From Alphaproteobacteria bacterium (GTDB lineage Bacteria > Pseudomonadota > Alphaproteobacteria > UBA828), in contig CBDCQT010000005.1 in NCBI GenBank assembly GCA_965220745.1, positions 288,001 to 352,000 of the forward strand: DNA of 64,000 nt. Reading direction: 5' to 3'. Below, piece after piece: positions 56,391 to 64,000 of this stretch. Made by a program: the position numbers and the translations under genes. Every line of letters begins with the position of its first letter. Within the stretch, counting starts at the first letter, position 1. A model generated the notes under the pieces. It ran no database searches and had not been told where the DNA came from. It was given only the letters and a program-made list of their open reading frames with translations.

Positions 56391-57470
56391 CTATTCGGCC
56401 GCCTCGGTGCTGCCGGCAGGCGTGCGGAACGCCGGAATCACCGCCTCGGCGAATAGCCGCAGGCTTTTCAATAGATTATCCGCGCCATAGTAGGGCGGAT
56501 AATGGAGCAGCAGGGAATCGAGGCCGGTGGCGGCGCGCAGCGCCCGAATGCGGGCGATCACGGTCTCGGGCGAGCCGTGGACCAAGGTGGTCTCCAGCAG
56601 CGTGTCGTAGTCGAACGCCGCAGCGCTCTCCTTCTCCGAGACGTTGCCGAGATAGCCCGCGGTCTTCTTGCCGAGGAACGCTTCGAGATGGCGGACGATG
56701 CCGGCCTCGCTCTCCTCCCGCGCCTTGGCGTCGGTCTCGGCCACGTAGACCCAGCGGGCGATATTGATGGAGCCGAAGGCAGGGTTGGCGTTCCAGGGCG
56801 CCGGGGCATGAGCCATGGTCTCGCGATAGAGGGCGATCTGCCCGGCGAGGGTTTCGAACGACGGCAAGGTGGAAAGCATCAGGCCGAAGCCGTGGCGCGC
56901 GGCGACCTCGATGGAGCGGGTGGTTCCGGCAGCCATGTAGAACGGCGGATGCGGCTGCTGCACGCTCACCGGGTAGATCTCGTAGTCGCCTTCGACCTGG
57001 TGCTGGAAATGGGTGCCCTCGTGGCTGACCTTCCGCGTATGAAAGGCATCGAGGATCAAGGGGATGGCCTCTTCCTGGATGTCGTGACGGGCGTCAAACG
57101 GGATCCCGAAGCCCTCATATTCGTAGGGCCGGTAACCGGAGCCGAGACCGAGGCTCAGCCGCCCGTCGCTCAGAATGTCCACGAAGGCTGCGTTCTCGAC
57201 GATCCGCATCGGGTTGTGCAGCGGCAACGTCATCACCGCCGTGCCGAGCCCGATCTTGGTCGTCTTGGGCGCGAGATAGCCCAGGTAGACGAAGGGATCC
57301 GGCAGCACGCCGTACTGATTGGAAAAGTGGTGCTCGGCGATCCAGGCGGTATCGTAGCCCAGCCGGTCCGCCTCGATGATCTCGCGCGTCACCCGCGCGT
57401 GCACGGCGCGGTGCGGGTAGGGCTCCACGTCCAGATTGGGCTGCGAGGTAACGAGAACGCCGAACTTCAT
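56391..57470 (-). CDS. LLM-class flavin-dependent oxidoreductase
   Basis: 'AWIAEHHF', 'LPLHNPMRIVE', 'GRLSLGLGSGY', 'VQQPHPP', 'GSPETV'. Confidence 0.9.
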   Translation of the reverse strand: MKFGVLVTSQPNLDVEPYPHRAVHARVTREIIEADRLGYDTAWIAEHHFSNQYGVLPDPFVYLGYLAPKTTKIGLGTAVMTLPLHNPMRIVENAAFVDILSDGRLSLGLGSGYRPYEYEGFGIPFDARHDIQEEAIPLILDAFHTRKVSHEGTHFQHQVEGDYEIYPVSVQQPHPPFYMAAGTTRSIEVAARHGFGLMLSTLPSFETLAGQIALYRETMAHAPAPWNANPAFGSINIARWVYVAETDAKAREESEAGIVRHLEAFLGKKTAGYLGNVSEKESAAAFDYDTLLETTLVHGSPETVIARIRALRAATGLDSLLLHYPPYYGADNLLKSLRLFAEAVIPAFRTPAGSTEAAE

Positions 57471-57507
57471 TGTATTCTCCACGGGCCGCCCGCGAGGGCA
57501 GCGGCTC

Positions 57508-57669
57508 CTATTCGCTATAGATTGTCCACTCGCCGTCTTCTCCGGTCAGGAGACCTTCGCCCGGCGGAATCTCGTCTGGATCGTCCTTCCACTTGCTGGG
57601 ATGGAGCGGCTCGCCGCAAGCTGCAAGCCCGACGACCGCCGCTATCACCAGGACTGGGCCGATGAGCAT
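57508..57669 (-). CDS. Small putative lipoprotein
   Basis: Hydrophobic stretch plus lipobox 'LAAC'; 'PGEGLLTGEDGEWTIY'; start may be 57726. Confidence 0.55.
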   Translation of the reverse strand: MLIGPVLVIAAVVGLAACGEPLHPSKWKDDPDEIPPGEGLLTGEDGEWTIYSE

Positions 57670-57732
57670 GGCGGCGCGGCGCAAGCGCGCCCTCGCCCAG
57701 CGTAGGGGGCTCAATATCGCTTGCATTTCCGG

Positions 57733-58374
57733 CTACTCTGCAGCGCCTTCGACCGGTGCCTCGACGCGCGCCCGGAGGTCGCCCAGCAGGCCGTCGATTC
57801 CCTTGCGGTTGACGACCGAGGCGAACTCGACCCGGTGGGTATGCAGCATGCTGATACCTTCGACGCTCACGTCGATGACCTTGTAGCCCTCATCCCGCTT
57901 GCGCACGCGGAAATCGACCCCGATGGGATCGCCGCCGGAGGGCCGCACGATCTGCGCCCGCACGATCTTGTCGCCGCTCTCGTCATTGATCACCGAGCGT
58001 GCCGTAAACAGCTCGCCACCGTAAGAATCGAAGCGGCTGGCGTATACGCGGACGATGAAGTCGACGAATATCCTCCGGTATTCCTTGCGCTGCTCCTTGC
58101 TCGCCGTCTTCCAGTAACGCCCCAACACGAAGCGGCTGACGATCGGAATGTCGAAGCCCTCCACCATGACCTCGCGGAAGGCGGCCTCCCGCTCCTCGAA
58201 CGTCGTGTTGGCCTTGTCCTTGAGGACCGAGATGGCCTGGTCCCCAAGGCCCTGAATGAACGTGAGCGCCGGGTCGTCGGATGCGGCGGCGCGCTGCGTG
58301 CCGAGCGCGGATAGCAATACGGCCGCAGCGAGTGCGGCGGCCGCGAGAGAGCGTCGAGAGATGAGAATGCTCAT
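57733..58374 (-). CDS. mlaC: MlaC/Ttg2D phospholipid-binding periplasmic protein
   Basis: Signal peptide; 'FDIPIVSRFVLGRYW', 'KVIDVSVEGISM'; adjacent to mlaA. Confidence 0.88.
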   Translation of the reverse strand: MSILISRRSLAAAALAAAVLLSALGTQRAAASDDPALTFIQGLGDQAISVLKDKANTTFEEREAAFREVMVEGFDIPIVSRFVLGRYWKTASKEQRKEYRRIFVDFIVRVYASRFDSYGGELFTARSVINDESGDKIVRAQIVRPSGGDPIGVDFRVRKRDEGYKVIDVSVEGISMLHTHRVEFASVVNRKGIDGLLGDLRARVEAPVEGAAE

Positions 58375-58428
58375 GGGATGTCTGCCCTGTCTCATCCAGG
58401 CGTGCCGCGCGGCGTGCTCTTCCCCGGA

Positions 58429-59244
58429 TCACTCCTCATCGAAGTCCTCGTCGAACTCTTCATCGAAGTCGAAGTCGGGGATCTCCATCGCGGGCGGCGG
58501 CGCACCGTCCCTGATCTCCGTGGCCCGATACTGACGGTATAGCTCACGCAATGCAGCATAAAAGTCGACCGAGGTGCTTTCCAGCGTTTCCAGTTCTTCG
58601 AGGTACTGGGCGCGCTGAGAGACCCCGCTGGTGACGCCGCGGGCGAGGCCGGCCTCGGCCGGCAGGAGATAACCAAAGGGATCCGCGAACCAATCGACCC
58701 CGAAGGCCGCGGCGTCGCGGGGATTGGTCGGCCCCAGCAGCGGCAGCATGAGGAACGGCTCGCCACCCACGCCCCATGTCGCAAGAGTCTGCCCGAAGTC
58801 CTCAGGCGTGCGCTCGTATCCCCACTCCGCGGCCACATCGAAGATGCCGCCGACGCCGATCGTGGTGTTGACCGTGAAGCGCATGAGCGTCGAGCCCGCC
58901 CGTTCGAACTTGCCCTGAGCCGCGTTGTTCACAAGGTTGAGCGGTTCCGCCAGATTGCCCAGAACATTGGCAATTCTGTGGCGTACTTCATTTGGAAGGA
59001 TGAACACGTAGGCCTCGGCGATCGGCTTCAACAGGAAGCGGTCGATCGTCTGGTTGACCTCGAACATCGCCCGGTTGAAGTCTTCGAGCGGATCGTTCGC
59101 GTCGAAGGGGTCCTGAGCGCGGCCGTCTGCGGCGACACAGAGCAGCGCACCGGCGAGCAGCAGGATCGCCAGAAGGCGCTGCGGGGCGGCGAATGGGCCG
59201 ATGGCTCGGCGCGGAGCGGGCTGTCGCGGAAGGCTCTCGCTCAT
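58429..59244 (-). CDS. mlaA: MlaA/VacJ family protein
   Basis: 'NDPLEDFNRAMF', 'NTTIGVGGIFDVA', 'EDFGQTL', 'LPLLGPTNPRD'. Confidence 0.9.
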   Translation of the reverse strand: MSESLPRQPAPRRAIGPFAAPQRLLAILLLAGALLCVAADGRAQDPFDANDPLEDFNRAMFEVNQTIDRFLLKPIAEAYVFILPNEVRHRIANVLGNLAEPLNLVNNAAQGKFERAGSTLMRFTVNTTIGVGGIFDVAAEWGYERTPEDFGQTLATWGVGGEPFLMLPLLGPTNPRDAAAFGVDWFADPFGYLLPAEAGLARGVTSGVSQRAQYLEELETLESTSVDFYAALRELYRQYRATEIRDGAPPPAMEIPDFDFDEEFDEDFDEE

Positions 59245-59252
59245 GCCGGCGG

Positions 59253-61280
59253 TCAGTCGTCCTCCTTCGCTGCGGCGAGCACGTCGTCGGCCAGCCGCCC
59301 GGTGAGCTCCTGCAGGCGGTCGAACTGGGCTTCGAAGGTGCCGACGCCCAGGGTGAGCGAGCGCAGCTCGATGATCAGGTCGTGCATCTCCGCCTGCGGC
59401 ATCTGGCTCGTCACCTCGTCCCAGCCGGACCAGTCCTCGCGCGTCTGGAAACCCAATACCTGGCCGCGGCGGCCGGTCACCAGACGCTGGACGTTCGGCG
59501 TGAACTCGCTCGGTATCGAGATCCTGACCTCGCAGATGGGCTCCAGCAGCACCGGGTTGCACTTGGGCAGCGCTTCGGCCATCGCCATGCGGCCGGCGGT
59601 CTTGAAGGCCATCTCCGAGCTGTCGACGGAATGGTGCTTGCCGTCGGTGAGCGTCACCGAGACATCCACCACCGGGAAGCCGAGCGGCCCGCTGGTGAGA
59701 AAGTCGCGCACGCCGGCCTCCACCGCAGGGATGTACTGGCGCGGCACGGCGCCGCCGACCACCTTTTCCTGAAACTCGAAGCCGGTACCGCGTGGCAGCG
59801 GCTTCACGTCGATATGCACGTCGCCGAACTGGCCGTGGCCGCCGGTCTGCTTCTTGAAGCGCGCGTGCTGGGAGACCGGCTTTCGGATCGCCTCCTTGTA
59901 GGCGACCTTCGGCCTCTCGGTCTGCAAACTGAGCCCGTACTTGCCGGCGAGGCGATCGAGCGCGACCTTCAGGTGCATCTCGCCCTGGCCCCAGAGCACT
60001 GCCTCCTGGGTGTCGGGGTTGGGCTGGAAGCTGAGCGACGGGTCTTCCTGGGCTAGGCGGCTCATCGCGCCCGAGACCTTGACCTCGTCCTCCCGCCGGC
60101 TGGCCCGCACGGCATAGGCATAGACCGATGACGGCAGGTTCGCCCGCGGCATTGGCTCGACCTCGGGCCCGTCGGCGGGAGCGACGGTATCCCCCGTGCT
60201 GATGGACTCGAGCCGCCCGAGGCCGACGATCTCGCCGGCTTGCGCCTTGTCGATCTTGTTCTGCTGCTGGCCCTGCATCCGGTACATCCCGCCGATGCGC
60301 TGGCCGTCGTTGAGCGTCATGCCGTCTTCGATAGTGCCAGCCCAGACCCGCGCGAGCGATACCTTGCCGCCGTGCTGGGTCATGTAGGTCTTGACGACCT
60401 GTGCGATCGAGGCGCCGTCACCATCGGCCGGCAGCCGCCGCGACGCGAGCGCGTCGCCGGGCGCGAAGTCGATCAGCGATTCCAGCAGGCGGCGCACGCC
60501 CCAATCCCGCTCCGCAGACCCCATCATCACAGGCACCACAGCCGCATCCGCCAGCACGCCGCGCAGGTAGGCTTGAATCTCCTCCGGCTCTGGAATTTCG
60601 TCCTCGAGCAGGCGTTCCAGGAGCGTGTCGTCGAAGTCCGCCAAGCTCTCGAGTAGCTGCGTGCGCGCGTCCTCCCGGCGTTCCGAAACCTCGTCCGGCG
60701 TGTCGACGCCAACGGCACCGTCCTGGTCGCGATATTCGTAGGCCTTGCCGGTAATCAGGTCGACATAGCCCTTGACGCTGTCGCCGTCGCGGATTGCAAC
60801 CTGGCAGGGCACCAGCGGTCGGTCGCTAACCGGCTGCACCGCCTCGATCAACTCCGCGACCCGCACCGCCGTCTCGTCCATCCTGTTGGTGAACACGACG
60901 TGCGGAATCTCGTGCTGAGCCAGGTACTTGAAGAGCCGCCCCATGGTCCAGACCCGGTTCGTGTCGGGCGTGCACACGATGACCGCGAGATCGACGCCCA
61001 TGAGCGCATTGGCGGTCTCGGCGAAGAACTCGATCGAGCCCGGACAGTCCAGGATCGTGAAGTGGCGGTCCCGGTACTCGAACGAGGCGGCGTTGACCTC
61101 TACGCTCGACTGGCGCCCGCGCGCCTCGTCGGACCAGTCGCCGACCGTGTTGCCGTCCGTGACCTTGCCCTTGCGGCCGATTGCACCGGCGACGAACAAC
61201 ATACTTTCCAGAAGGGTGGTCTTGCCGCTCGTGTAGGGGCCGACAAGCGCAATGTTCAGCGCCCCGGTCGAATCACTCAT
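59253..61280 (-). CDS. Elongation factor G paralog (EF-G2-type)
   Basis: G1 'GPYTSGKT', G3 'DCPG', G4 'NRMD'; 'GQGEMHL', 'KKQTGGHGQFG', 'HSVDSSEMAF'; divergent from canonical GHIDAGKT. Confidence 0.9.
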   Translation of the reverse strand: MSDSTGALNIALVGPYTSGKTTLLESMLFVAGAIGRKGKVTDGNTVGDWSDEARGRQSSVEVNAASFEYRDRHFTILDCPGSIEFFAETANALMGVDLAVIVCTPDTNRVWTMGRLFKYLAQHEIPHVVFTNRMDETAVRVAELIEAVQPVSDRPLVPCQVAIRDGDSVKGYVDLITGKAYEYRDQDGAVGVDTPDEVSERREDARTQLLESLADFDDTLLERLLEDEIPEPEEIQAYLRGVLADAAVVPVMMGSAERDWGVRRLLESLIDFAPGDALASRRLPADGDGASIAQVVKTYMTQHGGKVSLARVWAGTIEDGMTLNDGQRIGGMYRMQGQQQNKIDKAQAGEIVGLGRLESISTGDTVAPADGPEVEPMPRANLPSSVYAYAVRASRREDEVKVSGAMSRLAQEDPSLSFQPNPDTQEAVLWGQGEMHLKVALDRLAGKYGLSLQTERPKVAYKEAIRKPVSQHARFKKQTGGHGQFGDVHIDVKPLPRGTGFEFQEKVVGGAVPRQYIPAVEAGVRDFLTSGPLGFPVVDVSVTLTDGKHHSVDSSEMAFKTAGRMAMAEALPKCNPVLLEPICEVRISIPSEFTPNVQRLVTGRRGQVLGFQTREDWSGWDEVTSQMPQAEMHDLIIELRSLTLGVGTFEAQFDRLQELTGRLADDVLAAAKEDD

Positions 61281-61481
61281 GCTATCTCCCTTTACCCAGA
61301 ACCGCGCCGGCGGGCTTCGTTCCGCGGTCGCGGGGCGGGCATGTTTCCAGTGCCCCGGCCGGAATGCAACCGCGATTAGCGCTCGATCCACAACGAGAGA
61401 GCGGGGCGGCCGGCCCAGTCTGGCGTGGCCAGGGTGGGGCGGCTATGGTGCCTGCGGTTTGGCTGCGAGGATGGGCTTCGA

Positions 61482-62225
61482 TTGAGCATCTGGGGCAAGA
61501 TCATCGGAGGCGCCGCAGGGTTTGCGCTGGGCGGTCCGATCGGCGCGATTCTGGGCGTGGCCGCCGGCCATTTCGTGGACCGCATGGCCACGGGTCGCCG
61601 CGTCCGGCGCATCGGCGCGGGTGATCAGGAAAGCAAGCAGGCTGCAGTCTCGATCGCGCTGGTGGTTCTCGCCGCCAAGATGGCGAAGGCCGACGGCCGT
61701 GTGACCCGCGAGGAGATCGACGCGTTCAAGCGGGTCTTCGCCGTCCCCGATGCCCACGCCGCCGCGATCGGGCGGATATGGGACGAGGCGCGGCGCGAGG
61801 CGACCGGCTTCGAGCCCTACGCAGAGCAAATCGTGCAGATCTTCCCGCACGACACCACCATGCGGGAGGAAATGCTCGGCGCACTCTTTCAGATCGCCAT
61901 GGCCGACGGCGAGCTGCACGAAGGGGAGCGCGCCTACCTTACCCGCGTCGCCCAAATCTTCGGCTTCGACGAGCGCAGCTTCGCGCAGATCATGTCGCGC
62001 CACATGGGTGGCGGCGAGGCCGACCCCTATCAGGTGCTCGGCGTCGAGCCCAGCGCCTCGGACGACGAGATCAAGCAGACCTACCGCCGGCTGATCCGCG
62101 AGCATCACCCCGACAAGCTCATCGCCGAGGGCATGCCGGAGGAGATGGTCCAGGTCGCCAACGAGCAGATGGCCGCGATCAACGCGGCCTATGACAGGAT
62201 CGCCAAGCTTCGCGGGCTGCGCTGA
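61482..62225 (+). CDS. djlA: DjlA-like co-chaperone (TerB-like + DnaJ domain)
   Basis: 'SIWGKIIGG', 'AKMAKADGRV', J-domain 'DPYQVLG...HHPDK'; TTG start. Confidence 0.85.
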   Translation: MSIWGKIIGGAAGFALGGPIGAILGVAAGHFVDRMATGRRVRRIGAGDQESKQAAVSIALVVLAAKMAKADGRVTREEIDAFKRVFAVPDAHAAAIGRIWDEARREATGFEPYAEQIVQIFPHDTTMREEMLGALFQIAMADGELHEGERAYLTRVAQIFGFDERSFAQIMSRHMGGGEADPYQVLGVEPSASDDEIKQTYRRLIREHHPDKLIAEGMPEEMVQVANEQMAAINAAYDRIAKLRGLR

Positions 62226-62293
62226 TCGCGCTTACCACGCGCTGAGCGCGCCCGCGCCGCCGTTACGCCCGCTTCCGCTGCGCCCGCCGCCCA

Positions 62294-63166
62294 ATGCCGC
62301 CGAGTCATATTGCGATCGCGCTCGGCACGGCCCTGCTCTGGGGCTTCGGCTTCGTGACCAGCAAGTACGGCGCGGACCACATGCCGCCGCTGTTCTTCCT
62401 GGCGCTGCGCTTCGCGCTGATGGCGCTGATGCTGCTCTGGTTCGTGCGCCCGCCTGCCGGCCGCTGGCTCGCCGTGAGCCTCTTCGCGCTGACCATGGGC
62501 GCCGGCCACTTCGGCCTGTTTTACGTCGCGCTCAACATCGGGGTGGAGGCCTCGACCGCAGCGATCATCTGGATCACGCAGGTTCCCCTCAGCGCTCTGC
62601 TGGCGGGAATCGTCCTGCGCGAGCGTCCGGGCTGGATGGCGCTCCTGGGCATCGCCATCGCCTTCGGTGGCGCCGTGCTGCTGGTCGGCGAGCCGCGCCA
62701 TACCGGCAACGCGGCGGGCATCGCGCTCATGTTCGGCTCCAGCATTGCATGGGCGGTGGCCAACGTGCAGGTCAAGCGCCTCACCGACATCTCTCCCCTG
62801 GCGTTGAACGGCTGGATGTCGGCGATCTCTGCCCTGCTCCTGTTCCCGCTCTCCTTCGCCCTGGAGGAGGGGCAGATCGCGAGCCTGCTGCAGCCCGACT
62901 GGCGCCTGCACAGCTCGCTGGTCTATCAGGTCGTGGGCTCCACCCTGCTGGCCTACTGGGCCTGGTACTATCTGCTCGCGCACAACAAGGTGGCGACGGT
63001 GGCCGGCTTCATGCTGCTGGTGCCGGTGGTGGGCGTGATCTTCGGCGTCTTCATCCTGGGCGATCCGATCACCTGGCAGACTCTTGTGGGCGGCGCGATC
63101 ATCGTCTCCGGCGTGGCCCTCATCGTCCTCAAGCGCGCACCGGAGCCTGCGGTGACGAGCCGGTGA
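62294..63166 (+). CDS. EamA/DMT family transporter
   Basis: About 10 hydrophobic helices, 'LWGFGF', 'LRF', 'LVPV'. Confidence 0.87.
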   Translation: MPPSHIAIALGTALLWGFGFVTSKYGADHMPPLFFLALRFALMALMLLWFVRPPAGRWLAVSLFALTMGAGHFGLFYVALNIGVEASTAAIIWITQVPLSALLAGIVLRERPGWMALLGIAIAFGGAVLLVGEPRHTGNAAGIALMFGSSIAWAVANVQVKRLTDISPLALNGWMSAISALLLFPLSFALEEGQIASLLQPDWRLHSSLVYQVVGSTLLAYWAWYYLLAHNKVATVAGFMLLVPVVGVIFGVFILGDPITWQTLVGGAIIVSGVALIVLKRAPEPAVTSR

Positions 63167-63206
63167 CGCCGAATTCGGAATCGACTGCGGCGAGGGAGAT
63201 CGGGGC

Positions 63207-63983
63207 GTGAGCGAAGAGAGTGTCTCCGGGCGTGCCGTGGTCGACATGCCTTCGCCCAACTGGGACGAGCGGCCTGCGGCTGCCGGCCCGGTCGATACGC
63301 TGGTGCTGCACTACACGGGCATGGTTTCGGCCGATGCCGCGCTCGCGCGGATGACGGATCCTGCGGCCAAGGTCAGCGCACACTGGTGTATCGGCGAGGA
63401 CGGCACTCTCTGGCGGATGGTGCCCGAGGAACGCCGCGCCTGGCACGCCGGGGTGAGCAACTGGCGCGGCCGCCGCGCGGTGAACGATTTTTCGATCGGA
63501 ATCGAGCTGGTCAATCCCGGCCACGAGCACGGCTACCGTCCGTTCCCGGAGGCCCAGATGGATACCCTGCTCGACCTCGCCCGTGCCGTCGTCGCGCGCC
63601 ACCCCATCGACCTCCGCAACGTGGTGGCGCATTCCGATATCGCGCCGACGCGCAGGCAGGACCCCGGCGAGCTCTTCGACTGGGCACGCCTCGCGCGTGC
63701 GGGCATCGGCCACTGGCCCGGGGAGGGGGAGGGGCCTGCACAGGCCCTCTTACCGCTTCGCCAGGGCGACGGCGGCGAGGCCGTGCGGCGACAGCAGGAG
63801 CGCCTGCGTGAGGTCGGCTACGGCCTCGCGGCCGACGGCGATTTCGGCGCGGCCACCGCGGCCGTCGTGCGCGCGTTTCAGAGACACTTCCGCCAGGCCT
63901 GCGTCGATGGCGCGATCGATGCCAGTACGGCCGCCGTCATCGGCCAGGTGAACGCGCTCGTGGTTGATCGGGGCCAGGCTTGA
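63207..63983 (+). CDS. N-acetylmuramoyl-L-alanine amidase (AmpD/AmiD-like) with C-terminal peptidoglycan-binding domain
   Basis: 'SPNWDER', 'LVLHYTGM', 'RAWHAG', 'SIGIELVNPGH', 'HSDIAP.R.QDPG', 'RAFQRHFR'. Confidence 0.92.
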   Translation: MSEESVSGRAVVDMPSPNWDERPAAAGPVDTLVLHYTGMVSADAALARMTDPAAKVSAHWCIGEDGTLWRMVPEERRAWHAGVSNWRGRRAVNDFSIGIELVNPGHEHGYRPFPEAQMDTLLDLARAVVARHPIDLRNVVAHSDIAPTRRQDPGELFDWARLARAGIGHWPGEGEGPAQALLPLRQGDGGEAVRRQQERLREVGYGLAADGDFGAATAAVVRAFQRHFRQACVDGAIDASTAAVIGQVNALVVDRGQA

Positions 63984-64000
63984 CCGGGCCCACGACGGGG

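Noticed and set aside
63980-64000. Possible start of a downstream RNA gene (rnpB often follows this amidase in alphaproteobacteria)
   Set aside because: Only a TTGACC hexamer is visible before the window ends; no RNA sequence to support the call

Overview
High-GC alphaproteobacterial chromosomal segment (Rhodospirillales-like gene order; the taxonomy is an inference). It carries the conserved rpiB-glyA-nrdR-ribD-ribE-ribB-ribH-nusB-thiL block, glyoxylate shunt genes (aceB-aceA with a divergent RamB/ScfR-type regulator), parE, uvrB, apaG, folE, trkH, an EF-G paralog with mlaA/mlaC, and djlA-EamA-amidase. Accessory content includes many catabolic enzymes (GcvT-family, GMC, TauD, rhodanese, MetE-like, Rieske, LLM), a DUF4258/XRE toxin-antitoxin-like pair with a perfect operator palindrome, and an Mrr-type restriction endonuclease gene cleanly split by an IS630 element at a TA site. 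The most notable non-coding signal is a dispersed, highly structured ~110-180 bp element in four copies, always between convergent genes. It shows compensatory base changes, has ends resembling the resident IS630, and its terminal TAG supplies stop codons for flanking genes. A second, unrelated two-copy element has a promoter-like head and a 10-bp-periodic tail. All product calls come from recognising motifs by eye, not from database searches.
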